A DNA stretch of 64,000 nt from Anthoceros angustus (GCA_010909165.1 MU008221.1:129464-193463), one strand, 5' to 3'; shown: positions 25,700 through 39,599, numbered from the stretch's first letter. The notes: generated from the letters alone by a model not told the origin. Numbers and translations: made by a program.

Positions 25700-27330
25700 T
25701 GACTTGTTCGGGCATCGAGTAAGCATGTATGCGGTTGATCATTGTCGATCCCATGTCGCCATGGCCAACTTGCATGTACGCACAATGCGGTAGCATGATC
25801 CTCTAGATCAACGGCAAGCTACAACACATACGACTCAAGGCTGCGCAACAAGTAGTCTTGTCAACCCCTTGCCACTTGAAGGTTGTTTTACTCAAAGGCA
25901 ATCTGAGACTCCATCGGTGTGCTTGGCCTTATGTCCACTTCAACAAGTAATACTCAACCCCTTCATCTTGAGGCTCGCCAAGACAAAATTGTCGCCAACT
26001 TCTAGGAAATCGCCATCTCAGACATCAACAAGCATCCTCATCCTCACCTCACTGCGGGAACAAGTGGAAGGAGGGGTTTAGAAAGTGTGAGCAATGGAAT
26101 AGGCTGGTTTGTTGCTTATCGAGTCAATGGGGCCAACTTTGTCCATGCGGTTTGATCTTAAAAGTTCTCCAAGACGCAGGCACCAGGTTTACCAGGCCCA
26201 TGGTTGCTCTCCCTACAATCGCACAGCGAGGCAAAGGGCTCCGCGTTCGCGATTGTGTAGGGTCATTCATGTTCTGACCATACAGGCTGTGCATAGATCC
26301 TAGGATGGAATCACACCCATGGTTTTGCGGTTAACCTCTCGTTCTTCCAATGAGCCGAAACTTACATGAACCCCATGCTCGTGCTTGCATAAGAGGAGGC
26401 TGCGCCACCAAATATGTTTTGTTGCGTACTCCACCACATCTGCATTTGCATACTGACGGTAGAGGGGCACTGGTCGAAGGGCATGCTTCAAAATGGCACC
26501 AGCACCATCGTGCTCTCCCTTCCCATGGCCACTCCCAAAATAAGGCCAAAGCATGTTACACCCACCTGTGATGCTAGGAGCAGGCTCTCTGCATAGGGGT
26601 TATTCTCCATTAAAGGGTTTGGGTCCCTAAAGACCAAAAATGACCAGACGGGCAAAATGCATCATCTTTAGCAAAACCACTCTTTAGACATGTACCAAAG
26701 CATTGACCATGTTATTTTCTCATGAATACTTACGGTTTAAGCCAAGAAGGTTCATGGTTCACCTTCACAAGGAAGGATTTCAAGGATTTTTAACAGTGCT
26801 AGGAATCCTAAACACCTCTTCCAGGGATAGTACTTCCTAGCGAGATGGGAGCAAGCGTGAGATTACCGCAGAGACAAAATACAGTGGCAACGGGAAAGGT
26901 TCCGCGATGCTTCTTGTATGCTCGTGTGGCGTGACTAGGGCGGTTTTACGGATATGTGCGTGCTAACTCTTCTCATGGCCTAGGGAACACAGCAATTGGG
27001 CGGAGGACGAGACTCATCATCGGAATAGGCAAAATTAGAACATTTTGATTCATGACCGGTGCCTTGGGCGCAGGTGGGGCAGAAGGGCCACCCATGTCGC
27101 AATTTGCCTTGAGTGCAGCAGCCTCAGCAGCTCTGCGTTGCTCCAGGAACTCTTTAGTGGTGCCCTTGGGCCTCCCTACTCCCCGCTTAGCACCTTTTGC
27201 AGCAATCGGTGTTGAAGCTCCAAGAGTGGTAGTTGTCCTAGTGGCAAACCGGCCCTTGGAATCTCGCTGCAGGTGGCGCTTAGGACTAGGCTCATAGTCG
27301 CGGTCCCGAAGCCATGGTGGTGAGAAAAGC
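25700..27330 (-). mobile_element. Inverted copy of the HGKGxxDG transposase relic
   Basis: MLWPYFGSGHGKGEHDGAGAILKHAL in ORF 26300..26554(-); AT-hook-like region in ORF 26973..27425(-). Confidence 0.55.
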
Positions 27331-29431
27331 GATCCTGTTGCGTAGCTCGAGAGTGAGAGTGAAATGAAAAACGCCCGGTTATAAGGCACGCACCGCATCT
27401 CTGCATGACTACTAGCACATAGCATCTTGTTCGATTGTGGGAATGCGGGGGCGTGTCAGTCACGAGGATGGCTATGGAGCTTGAAAGTGAAGACACATGA
27501 ATCAGTCTCACGGATATCCTCCAAATAGAGGCATGCAGAAATCATTACCAACAAGTGGGAGTAAAGGAATATGTGTGTTGGGTAGATGATTAGGGTTCGA
27601 TGGTTTAGTTAAGTTAAAATATTTAGTAACATGCCTTTTCATTAGGGTTACGTCGTTTGATTAGGTCACGATGTTTCATAAGTGACTTAAGTTGTTTCAT
27701 AGCATGCATAGTTTAATGTATGTTCAATTGATTGTAATTATTGTTTAATTGATTTGTATCTACCTAAATTCATTAGTAAATTGCTCATTGAGTCTAAATT
27801 TCTCGACTAGAAGTGCACATCAAAATCCTATGGCGGCAAATGCCCTTGTTATGTGCTACAAGCATCGCATACAAGCCTATTGCCCTTGTCACCACAGGAC
27901 ATGCTTGATGAGACTGTGTCAAGGCCTGGCGTCCACATTAGATCTGTTGGTGGATGATTTGGAAAGTTCTTATGTCGATAGTCACAGATTTTCCTCCCTT
28001 AACACCAAAAACGTGGCCCTAGGTTGCCCGACAAAATCGACCAGCTGAGCAATCAAGGAGGAGAAGCGATCTCACTGCGATAGAAACAGTTCCAGCTAAG
28101 TTACTTACGTCCGTCCCTTATAGTTGCACAGGGCGTCCTTGCTCTTGTTCAAGTCTTGTTTCTCTTCCTTGTTCATGAAGAGCATGTTGATTGAGATAAC
28201 CAACGTCTTTAGTTCCAAAGCCTTTGCTACCTTCATGCCGTGTCGATGTCAAGCTCTCCCTTTCATACGCCATCATGCGAAGCTATGCACCAAGGCATTT
28301 AAGCGTGGAAACCAAGCGAGGACATTGAGCAACAAACAATCCCAAGTGAGCAAGATTTTCAATCCATATCCGGTTAGCCACACTCGAACACGGTGGGACA
28401 ACATGAACATATTGTACTACACTCCATGGAAATTGTGGACACAATAAGGATCCAACAAATGCCACAGACCACGAAATTTATTCAAGTCTTGGAGCCCTCG
28501 GAGGCTCATCTCATGTGACACAAAATCGAGCACAACTGAATGGTCGTAAGATTGTTAGAAGGATGGGCTTACCATAGCATTAATGCCGTGATTGGCTAGC
28601 GGACCGAGGCTAGTTCAAGAATCTTCTTGAAGACTCTTGGAGACGTGAGTATCCCTAGAGTAGGGACTACTGGGACGGTGGAACAAGTCGACTATAAATC
28701 CTCTGAGGGCATCATAGACTATATCGCAGTCCGAACACCGATAAGACCAACTTGTAAACATGCATGCAAAAGGACTTACTAGGAGATTCAAGTCCAAGTT
28801 TTGAGGAACTAGATAAGCAGTTAAAATAGGGAATACTTAATGAGGATATATTAATTAGGAAGTAATTAATTACAAGCGAAATGGGATAGGAAAATAGGCA
28901 AGAGAAAGGTATTTTAGGATGGTAAATCCGATCTAGGATGTTCAGTGACCATAACCCAAAGCGATGTGACTATTCAATAGATGACTATTAATTAAACATT
29001 AACCCCTCCATAGTAAGTGTGCGCGTCCTCCATTCTTAACATATGCACCCATGTGACGCACACACAAAATCGCGGATTGCGTCTTTGTGATGGTATTTGG
29101 AATGAGACAAGAGGCGCTCGTTACGAAAGCCAAGTACATCCTACACATACATGGGTGCGTTCTCCATTCGTGTTACAAGAAAAATCTCACGTATAGCGTA
29201 TCGACTTGACATGCCTACTAGCTTTTGCATCGGCAAAACTTCCTGTTCCTTGTTAAAGAGGTTTGTGGGCATTGCCCCAACCCAATAATTTTAGAAGAAT
29301 TGACCCCCAGGTTCTCGAGTTGAATCTATGATATTCTCGGTGGTTTCTCTATATATGTACATAGATGTGTAGTTCATTTGTAGATAGAGGGTGTGAGTTT
29401 TAATACTTGTTATAGAATTTACTAGTTGTCC

Positions 29432-31345
29432 ATGGCATTATGGGTGGCTCGGTGATATCTTCCTTTATCATATTGACGGTATTATCATTGATTTTGTTTT
29501 TCAATGATCATCATGACAACGAATTAAAGAGTTCATCAAGGTGTTTTATCGTCGAGAATATTCCCAAGGCTATGCATGTTATCAATCGACCATTTGTGAA
29601 GTCTTATCGATATGTACATGTTGGTTTTGCTCTTGTTTTATACTGTTTTAAGAATGTAATAAGGGTAATGGTAATTATTGATAAGAGTTCATAAACGTCT
29701 TCATTTTTCCTTTTGACAATAATTTTTATGATGACTTTCGAACATTATTGATTGTGTAAAATTTGAAGATCAACTCGGTTTCAAGATCCTATTATAAGGG
29801 AACATTATAAGGTTAAAAATTCATCTACACAGTTTTTTATTCAATGTTTGGATTGATGACCTTGATGCATGTAGATGTCTTAAACCATGTCTCATATTTC
29901 CTGCCACGTAATGCTTTGTGAAGGAGGATGCTCTATAAAGGAGATTGGATATGTCTTAAGCGATATTCTAATGTTTTCATTGTGATGCTACATACGGAAG
30001 AATGGACTTAAGAAAAGTACTTCATTGCTTTCTAAAGATTTTGAAAATAAGCACCCAAACATGACTATATCTCTGTTTCAAAAGAGGTTGGACGTTGTCC
30101 TCCGGGATGTGTTCTATAGCTCGGTGATACATCCAAGAATTGATTTGGAGCGAGCGATCTTAAGCGGAGGTCTACCTATTTTAGCAATGGTCGAGTTCTA
30201 AAACATTGATGACCGACCTCCCGATCGTTGGGTAAGTTTTCTAGAGTGTTTGCGTAAAACATATATGTCATGTTGTCTTTTAACTTTCAATCGTCGAGAT
30301 GGTAGAAATATTGAATACATTTGCACACATAGATCCATGTATGGATATACATATTATTGTGGACTAATGTTGATCTTTTAGAAATAAATATAGAATTGAC
30401 TACCTTGTACCTTTTGACTTTGGGCGAGCAGGGTTAATGGATTTGAGATCGTTTGATGAGACTTCCACAAGCCTACGGAATAGCTACAACAATGAATGTT
30501 TATCAACCACCAGTGTGAGATCTTATGATGAAAATGATTTCTCAAATGGACAAATATGGGTGCAAAATTATGGAAGCATTCATCAATCAATGGAAGTTGG
30601 ATGGCAGTAAGTGTTGTAATTTTATCTTGCTTTCATTTCGAGATCTATAGTCGCATTTGTAAATTTTAAGTTGTGGTATTCACGATAGGTGTATCCATAT
30701 AAATGCGATGGTACGGGAAATGAAGATCGACCACATTTTTATATTTTGACGGTGATTTAAATTTTCTATACCTCCTTTATTGAAATTACAATCTTGTACT
30801 TTGAATTGTAAGTTTTGTGTTTTATGTTTTGAAACGTGTTGATGACAGAGACTCCTATGAGGATGGATGCTATAATTTAGAATGCTCGGGGTTTATTTTG
30901 TGGGTGAAAGCCCAATGATAGGTTATCCTTTTCAAACAGATATGATGTAGGTTTTAGAGTTTCTATTGAAGTGGATAAAGACGGAGATTAGAGGAAGAAT
31001 AGCCAAACAGATTGGATATTGGCCAAAAGATATATTTAGAGATGGTGGATTGTGAATCTAGTAATTTCTTGTCGTTCGGAGAGGTGAAGTTGTCCGGAGA
31101 GAGGGTCGACAAGATATATCAATGCCAATGGAAGTAGAATTCGGCTCAAGGATTCAAAATTTTGAGGAGCATATCACAGAGATACGTGTGCTTTATAAAG
31201 GTGGAACTTTTAGGTATTATAAATCGTCCTTGTAGGCGCCAAGCGAGGTGAGGCAAAGATCTGATGTTGGAGATGACGAAAATGGAGATGATGCAAATGG
31301 TGGTGAAACATGGGTGACTGGCGGAGGTCTGGTGAAGGGCAATTT
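29432..31345 (+). pseudogene. Neprosin family peptidase, copy 2 (more degraded as assembled)
   Basis: Direct near-copy of 10499-12461, including GGAAGTTGGATGG and GGTGAAGTTGTCCGG motifs; more indels toward the 3' end. Confidence 0.8.
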
Positions 31346-31496
31346 CATATAACCTTTCAATGAGCTAGCATTGAACTTAGTCCCATATAGTATGTAGTTG
31401 GTAGAATGAGATGCATATGTAAATGTGAACTACGAAGCAAAATATATGACAATCATAAACTTCCATGATATTGTTCCGTCTAACTTATCACGATGT

Positions 31497-33326
31497 TGAG
31501 AAAGGTTTTAGCCGTGAAGGACAAATTTGTTAACGCTTATGAATGGAGATGCACTGAGCTATCAGTCCCTGGCGGAGGGCCGTTTAGAAATATTGGCGTA
31601 AGCATGAGGGTAGCTAGCTAGGGAGTAGGTTGCTTGAGACTTAAGATTAATTAATTAGAGTCCGGCAAGTCTAGTCAAGAACACTGGCTTTGAACATGCG
31701 GCTGGACAGCCATCAACATGTCTGCAACAATCACCTAGAGATTCTCCGTTCAGGCTGCCGCTCCTCGTGCCCCAGTCGCCCAAGATCCAAGAGACTCTCC
31801 CATTCCGGGCATGTTCTCACGATCCGCTGTAGTTTCACGTCGCCAGTAGAAACCACCAGGGACACGTATACAATCGTAATCTGCACTCCACGGCCAGTAC
31901 GGGGAGAATTTGTTCTGGGCTATTACGCCCACCGCGGTGATGCAGATGCGCCGCGACCAGTGAGGAAGTACTAAAACTACGCCACTAATACGCGCCTCAG
32001 CCGGATGTGTGGACGTTACACCTGCTTGCTTGGTGCACTCGCTCTCATCCTTTTATTCCGATCGGCCGCAGTTGAACGAGCTCGCAGAGCCTGCTTGGAT
32101 TCTCCTCCACATTCCGGGTTGGTTTAACTATTGTTGGACGGGCACTCATGCAGGTTGTGGAAATCGACAACCCATCTGGGATGTGCAACAATCAACTGTA
32201 AAGATTCTTCCATCTTCATCATCTGCAGCTACAACCCACCCGGAACCACATTGGAGAGAAGCCCTACTAAGTTCAGTCTCGGCATTGGGGTAAGGAGCGT
32301 AAGAGAAGCTTCCATTTTGCTCCCGCTCTGCTTATGCGCTACTTTGAGGACCCAGGTTGTCATTGGGGTATGCGAGCAGATCCGAGAACCCCGATATTGC
32401 TCCCGGGTCTCGCTTGCAATCACAGCAAGTACTTTCCAACCCATTTCGAGGACTTAGATTGTTGAAGTTAATGATTTATTTTGCTTTCGAATTGTGAAAG
32501 GTCTTCGCGCCCGCTAGCCTAATGGTACATGTGGAAAGACCGTCCTCCAAGAGTCTTCAAGAAGATTCTTGAACTAGCCTCGTCCGCTAGCCAACTGGGC
32601 ATTAATGCTTGGTAAGCCCATCCTTCTAACAATCTCCCACATCTGCCGTGTTGTGCGCTGATTTGTGTCGCTAAGGATGGCTCTCCGAGGGCTCCAAGAC
32701 TTGAATAAATGAGCTTCGCTCTGTGGCATTTGTTGGATCCTTATTGTGTCCACAATTTCCATGGAGGTAGTACAAGATGTTCATGTTGTCCCACTGTGTT
32801 CAGTGTGGCTAACCGGATATGGATTGAAAATCTTGCTCACTTGGGATTGTTTGTTGCTCAACGTCCTCACCGGTTTCCACGCTTTAAACAACTTGGTCCG
32901 CAGATAGCCGTGATGATGAAAGGGAGAGCTTGACATCGACACGGCATGAAGGTAGCAAAGGCTTTGGAACCAAAGGCAACTATAAGGGACGGATCGTGAG
33001 TAACTTAGCCGAACTGTCACTTTATGCCGCAGAGACCGCTCTCCCTCCTTGATTGCTCAGCTGGTCGATTTTGTCGCAACCTAGGGCCACGTTCTATGGT
33101 GTTAAGGAGGAAAACCGTTGACTATCGACATAAGAACTTCCAAATCATCCAGCCAGCGATCTAATGTGGACGCTTGTGGCCTTGACACAAGTCTCATCAA
33201 GCATGTCAGTGGTGACAAGGGGCAATAGGGTTTGTGGCGATGCTTGTAGCACATAACAAGGGCATTTGCCGCCATAGGATTTTGATGTGCACTTCTAGTC
33301 GAGAAATTTAGACTCAATGAGCAATT
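31497..33326 (+). repeat. Tandem array unit 3, truncated (PR-1 + start of cassette, forward)
   Basis: Matches 1-~2410 with small deletions, then switches at an AATGAAT microhomology into a diverged paralogous sequence. Confidence 0.85.
31696..32270 (+). pseudogene. PR1: PR-1-like CAP-domain gene, copy 3 (frameshifted as assembled)
   Basis: WKSTTHLGCATINCKDSSIFIICSYNPPG in ORF 32131..32457; GGGGAGAATTTGTTCTGGG upstream; GAGAAGCCCTACTAA ends at 32270. Confidence 0.8.
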
Positions 33327-33329
33327 TAC

Positions 33330-33830
33330 AATGAATGGAACCATGTCCCAAACCCGCCTCATGGAAAGCAACTTGAGAAGCATGCGGGTAGCAGTAGCGC
33401 TGGCTCCGACCGCCTTCCTTACTCCCACCGAAAGGGGCTGGGGTAACCCTTTTAACCTCTCTTCTATCATGAAGGAAGTGAGACAAGAATCCAACAGCAG
33501 GACGCTCCGAATCTTCAAAGCGATGGACCGTGAGTAACTCACTATTGTTGTTGCGTGTAGATCGCCATCCGAAAGCTAAGACTGGTCGCTTTGTCGAACA
33601 ACCAGGATTAACTTTAGGGCCTGTCAATGGTGGAGAGACGTTGTTGGAATACCAATCAATTATCTAGTCCATGTATGTATTCAAGGCTTGTGACCTTGAC
33701 CCAAGTTTCATCTAGGATGTCCCAGATGGTGGATGGGGCTAGGGCATTTTGGCCACGCCTGTAGCATATAATGGCCGCTGCGTGAACCCCTTGTCGCTCA
33801 AAGCCATTTGGATGTGCACTTTTAGTCGAT
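33330..33830 (+). pseudogene. Diverged paralog of orphan X
   Basis: ATGAAGGAAGTGAGACAAGAATCCAACAGCAGGACG..GGACCGTGAGTAAC aligns with 1996-2072; ACDLDPSFI.DVPDGG aligns with ACGLDTSLIKHVPGG; both end TGGATGTGCACTTYTAG. Confidence 0.5.
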
Positions 33831-35529
33831 CAGAAAGATCAAGAAACAATTTACAAAAGAATGAATGCGAGGCGAACCAGCCTAAGAGGAAAGGTAGGAG
33901 CAACGCAATTGTTAACCAAAATACCCAGTCGACGGTGGATTGGACTTGAGATGCCCTACGCATCCTTTCATCTCTCAGAAAGGGGCTTGCATCAAGTCGA
34001 AAGCCTTTTCCAGAACTGGTGCACAAAACATCCGTCACGCTGCAACACATGCGTGCAAAGCAAATTGAAGAACTACTTACTCTACTAATGGTCTTCAGCT
34101 CTCGACCGATTGGTTCCAATGCCTTTAAGCGCCAGAAAGGAAGCGCCAGACCGCCAACACCACTATCAAAGTCAGCCGGGTCTCACACAACGACTACCGA
34201 GCCACACAAGCTTATGGCAGATGATCATACCTGAATGCCTTGTATCCTTAAAGGCTTGACTTGACCTGAACAATACAATCTGGTCCAGCTGGCTCCACAA
34301 AAGCCTCTGGCTAACCCCATGCCTATAGGATCCGGATGTTGCAAAACACGCCGGATCAGTGAGAGCGACAAACTAAAAAAACAAATCAGGCTCCCAATGT
34401 TAACACAGGAACGGATTGGAATTGCAAGCAGAAAATAGCTTGTGTCCCATTGATGCAAGGCCAAGAACTTCCCTACAGGCGTACATTCAGCAGTACATAG
34501 CCAAACGCATAGTGGAGTACGAGCACAAAGGAGAGTGGAGAGATGATTTATTGCTCACCTTCATGATGCTCATGGCGTAGTGGAAATTAGGGCCTTCACG
34601 GACAGAGAGAATGGCACACTGAGAGATAATAGGGACTGCCTTTTCCCCGGTTTTCCTCCACGGTGCATCGCCTTGGATGCCTTGCCATTCATTCACCGCC
34701 TCCCTTCTTGGGAGCCATGGTCAACCCGGCCTGCCAAGGGCGGAGGAGGGCGCCAATGAGCTTAGCGTCAGCAACAGGAATGATAGCGAAACACATGGCA
34801 TCAGATAATCCGCTCTGTCGGGTCAATGAGGCTTGCCAGAGTCGCCGCATATTTCAAAGAACATTAGAACTTGTGGATACCTAGGTACCTACGTCTCGAG
34901 AGCACTTTCCCTTGTGCTTAAATATCCTTCACATAGGCATAAGTAAAACCTCAAAAAAGTATATTGAATAAAATATAAAATTCTATTAAAATTATTATAT
35001 GGCTTGCAATGGAATAGATAGAATCTTTCATTTCTTTTTCTTACATAAAATCTCCTTTCTACATGTAATAGAAAAAAATTTATTGAGGAGAAAACTTGAT
35101 GGAAAAAATCCATCCTGCATAGGACAATCGTTTCCACATGTAATAATATATAGATAAAGAGCTAGTTATAAACTCTGGAAATTCCTTGTGCATAGAAAAC
35201 ATTTGCTATTCCTTAGAAGACTATACGGCAACATGGATCGACATATGAATTCTTAATTTTATTTTCTTCTATTCTATGGGCCCCAACACATTGGTGGTTG
35301 GCTGTCCCAATCAAAAATTTCGTGGCTCGGAACTACCCGGTTTTCGATCAACCTAGGGACCTCCTACGTTGCAACACGACTTCACCACACCATGATCTTC
35401 CACTACTCCTTTCCCAGCACCTTCCCACAATTGGCACATCCTCAACCACCAACTCGATGCCTAGCCCGCCACTGCTCCATCGAATCACCGCCTACGACCC
35501 ACAATCAACAACAAACAATTGTAGGTCCT

Positions 35530-38500
35530 TGTGGAAGATCACATGTGAACTAACCCCGCCTCAAGTGTCAGGTGAACGATTTTTTTTGTTTTGGGTGTGT
35601 TAGAATAGTAGTGCTTTGAGAATCGTCTCGAGTGTCTTTTATACGGAATGGTCCTTGGCCCTTGGAGATAATAATAATTTTTCGACCCTTAGGTTTGACC
35701 CCGAGGGGTAGAAATAGAGTCCTTGGGTATTGGGAATTTTAGAATAAAAGGTGTCTATATATGCTAGGGATGCTCACAATATGCCAGTTGTGTAGTCAAG
35801 TGGGTGGTGGCTAGTTCCACCACGGTGGCCGAGAAACGGACGCATGCACTGTGGGGAATTTACAACCCTAGTGGCGGAGCGGACTACCACGGAGCGCAAT
35901 CGGGAGAAGGGCACACCCAAGATCATGAGGTCGCGACTTTCCGTGAGGGGCTGGAGAGCCGCAGCAAGAGGGGCGCTACAGCACTACCACGCCAGCCAAA
36001 TCACCGCCTCACAGGTGGGAGGAAAAGGCGACGATCGTGGCAGAGCGGCGGGCGGAGGAGAGAAATCGCGCAAGTTCGCGAGGAGGCGTGGAAGGAGCGC
36101 AGGGCGGCTCGATTTTTTTTCTCTTCGACCGATCCGCAGGGTAGTCGAGGTTTTGTTTTGGGAGACAACGAGAGAAGGAGATGGCGCCCGAGCGGGCAAA
36201 ATCTCACTCACGCAGCGGCCCAACATGGACCATGGAAAGTGAGAGCACTGCGTGAGCCGGGTCCAAGTTCATGGAGAAGAAATGGTGCTACGACACCGCA
36301 TTGGTGCAAGAGTGCGCCCGCAATTAAGGACCAAGTCGCAAGAGGGTGACGCGAGGAAAAGGCCGCAGAACTGGATTTGGCCTCTTCGAGCAAGCAGTGG
36401 GCGAAGCATCGAGGATGGGAGCTTGGTGATTGACCCCAGAAAGAAGACTTTGAAAGCCGCAGCCGCGCCATGAAGCCCGGGGAAGTGAGAGTGAACAATG
36501 GCTGGGTGAATCGCCAACTCGTGTTCGCACAGTGGGATTGGCCAAATGGATTTTGTGTTCCTACGTAACCTAAGTCGGATCATATGGCGGATCACTTCTT
36601 GGTTTTTCTTCACGAGGTGGTCAAGGGTACACAAATTGATTGGGGAGGATGATTTTCGAAAGAGCCTGTGAGGAGAAGGCGACTTCTCTTCCCTCGGCCC
36701 TCCTTGATTTCGCCTTTTCCGATTCATGTATTTGCGCATTCGTGTTTAACTGAGTTGAAGTCCGCCCGCATGGTTGGAAGCCGTGGAACTCAAGGTAGAA
36801 GAGGAGGAATTGAAGGAGGATTCGGGCAAGGATTCCAGCTTGGGAGTGCGCTCGGAAGGTTCGGAAGAGGGAGGGGAAGTTTCAAGGGCGGCAACGGCCT
36901 AACGGGGATCGGCGAAGAAGGAGGACCAGAGGAGGAACCCACAGCCACACCTGTGGTCACCGTGTCAAGACGGCAGCAGAACGCTGTAAAGGAGGAAAAG
37001 TAAAGGGAAATGGCAAGTTGCTCCCTCCTGTGGGATGAATCGCCGCTAGGGGAGAATGAAGCGGGAAGAGGCAAGGCACCAACCCCTAGGAGAGGAGGGG
37101 TTAACTCCGAGACCGCAACGAGCTCCGGACATTTTTGGCGACATTTCACCGAACCGTCCTACGAGGTGGGGATAGGAGACACCGCCGATAAGAATTGTTG
37201 TGGAGGCGGATGGGCAAGGGACAGCCCAATTTGGGGATTTGGTGGTTTGACTGCCATGGCATGACAGCGGATCTCCTCGATGCCATGGCTCTCACTTGGC
37301 CGAGTGCAAGGCCAACAGGAGAAGTTGCTCAAGGAGAAGTTGGAGAGCCCGAAGGCGAGAGCAAGGCCGAGGAGCGCAGACGGAGTGCGGGCGGCCTTAT
37401 GCAAGGCAGGAGGAAGGACATGTCCACTCAGAAGCTTTAGTAAATCAGTCAAGGGGCGATGCTACAATTGAAGAGCTTCAAGATGAGGTCTCATGAGTCC
37501 GTGGAGCAGGGCGATGGCGCCTTGGAGAAATTCAAGAAGGAGAGGTACAAGCGGAAAGAGACGGGCTTAGGGCCGAGTCAAGAGAGAGGTGGCCAAACCA
37601 AGAAAGGCCGAGCAATGCCACCGCAGGAGCAAACAACCACCGTGGGAAGCAACCACCACGGTGGCTAAACCAGCCACCGCCGTGGAACGGGAACCGAGGT
37701 GGGGAAGTCACCGACGGAGTGTCGCAGATGGAGGGATGATCCCTGGAGAATCAACAGCACCGCCTGTGATTGTCCACGGAGGAGAGGGTAAGGACCTCAG
37801 ATCGGCGGGCGACAGTTACGGCGTCCGGATGAGGATGCTCATGTCCCCGGCCGCATGGTGAGCGGTGCTCACTCTAAACGTGTATGTGGTTGTTGGGATG
37901 AGGGGCGTAAACCACCGGTCAGACATCTTGACCGCCACAGTGCTACTGCTGGTTCCTTCGAGTAGGAGCGGGCGCCTATCCTCCGCAAGTGGTGCCGGAA
38001 GAGATGAGCGAGGCGCAGCGAGCATGGAGGGAGGAGCACGATGGTTGTCCAAATGAGGAGGAGCGGACAATGGACATAGAGACACAAAGGCAACGTCGCT
38101 GGAAGGCGCGAGGGAAATTCAGGAGAGCGAGGTGGAGGTTGTGGGGAAAATCGCCGGATCAGGCGAGGTCAAGAGCGAGAGGGGTCCCCATGGGCCGAGG
38201 GCGAGGCAAAGAATCGCGAGGCGGCTGATTTTAGGAGAGTCGCGATAGCCTAGGACCGGGTTTTTTTCGTAGAGGATAGGGAGTTCCATCACCGTGAGTC
38301 ATGTTGCTTAGATTGGTAAGGCGCCGTGGTAGGAGCTACAATTTTAGACACTAAAGAGAAGTGAGTGTTGGACCACGCCGATGTATAAGAGACCCTTTGG
38401 GTGTCTCTCAAGGCGATTTCGTGTGAACTTCCGTATCGAACCGAGGGGTTGATTGGAGACGCCCGTCAAGATCAAACGGGTTCGGCACCGTCTCGTCACA

Positions 38501-39169
38501 AGAAGGCCGGAAGATCTCGGATGGTCGAGAGCGGAGTGGCCAAGCTCCACGCCTGGGTAACGGAAGGTAGGCCGTGCCACGAAAAGAGGTAGGAGTGCCG
38601 GACGGCCGAGGCGGAATCTGGAAGGCGAATCGCCCAAGCACGACCGGGTTTTCCGATCCTCTTTCCAACCGCTGCCACTGTGTGTGTTCATTCCATGAGA
38701 GGGTCTGTGTGGCCCAAGGAGGGTCTGTGGCCCAAGGGAAAAGGGGTCTGTGGCCCGTGAGACGAGAGAGAGTTCATTGGGAAGGGAAAGGTTCCTGAGG
38801 TAGTTGTGTGCGCTACCGGGAGGGATTGTGAGAGCGTGAGGGAAAATCGAATGAGGGGGAGTGGAAGCGTGGTAGGATCGCAAATTCCTGTAAGTAAGGT
38901 GAGGCGATCCGATAGCCCCTAGGTCCGTGTTAGAGAAGTCGCGACAAATAGACTCGCGAAGGCGGCGCTAAACCACATGGTGGCCGAGTCTACCACGGTG
39001 GTGGGTTTGGGCAGGGAGAAGGTGGGTAGCGAGCGACGGGGGTCTAGAATCCATAGATTTAGCACACCTTGACACAACACCATTCCCTTGGGATCGAATC
39101 CTAGGACTATAACGACATAGAGGGTAAATGTGGCCTCTTTGCGCCTTCGGATGCAAAACCCATTCCACA
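35530..39169 (+). repeat. 5' LTR of element 2
   Basis: Colinear with 46422-50082; followed by the PBS TTTTGGCGCTGCCGGGAA. Confidence 0.9.
35800..38230 (+). pseudogene. Accessory ORF relic inside the LTR of element 2 (second copy ~46690-49145)
   Basis: Joined frames give DHMADHFLVFLHEVVKGTQIDWGRMIF..RRLLFPRPSLISPF, then an acidic/basic tract (ELKVEEEELKEDSGKDS..SEEEEVSKGKKRRR) and a coiled-coil-like segment (QQEKLLKEKLESLEGESKAAEERRRS). Confidence 0.5.
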
Positions 39170-39187
39170 TTTTGGCGCTGCCGGGAA
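39170..39187 (+). promoter_or_regulatory. Primer binding site (tRNA-Asp-like) of element 2
   Basis: TTTTGGCGCTGCCGGGAA immediately after the LTR. Confidence 0.8.
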
Positions 39188-39599
39188 TGAAATCACAAGG
39201 TTATAGGGGACTAACCATAGCTTAGGTGTCTAGTTTTGGAGTGTATCTAGTTAGGTAGATGGATGCCACGGTTGAGTCGAGGGTTCGAGTCAAGTCGGGA
39301 CGGAAGGCCACACGAGAAGCGACAACGCCAAGCAATCGGAAAGGTTAAAAGGGTTGCAAACCGCGAGTTGAGGAGGGTCCACGAAGACGCACGCTGGAGA
39401 AGGAGGTAAGGAAGCAACCGTGGACGGGGTCCGATCTTGTTGGAGCAAGATCCCCAACCGGACTTGGACGAGGTACCACCGCCAAGGAACCTCGGACCAA
39501 TTCCATCCACCGACCTCTTCCAAAAGTGTGCGTGCCGTTGGAGATCAATCGACTCCGCAGAACCGTTGTTGGACCAACCACGAATCAAGAACGATAGTC

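Larger units (their letters stand above)
12619..31496 (+). repeat. Tandem array unit 2 (PR-1 + inverted cassette with LTR insertion + neprosin)
   Basis: 12619-13681 matches 1-1499; 13682-28642 is the reverse complement of 1500-9694 plus an LTR element; 28643-31496 matches 9695-12618. Confidence 0.9.

Noticed and set aside
34490-34860. Minus-strand LINE RT-like stretch (MNGKASKAM..RQ..LS)
   Set aside because: Similarity too weak, no YADD or other RT motifs, and the + strand is equally open.
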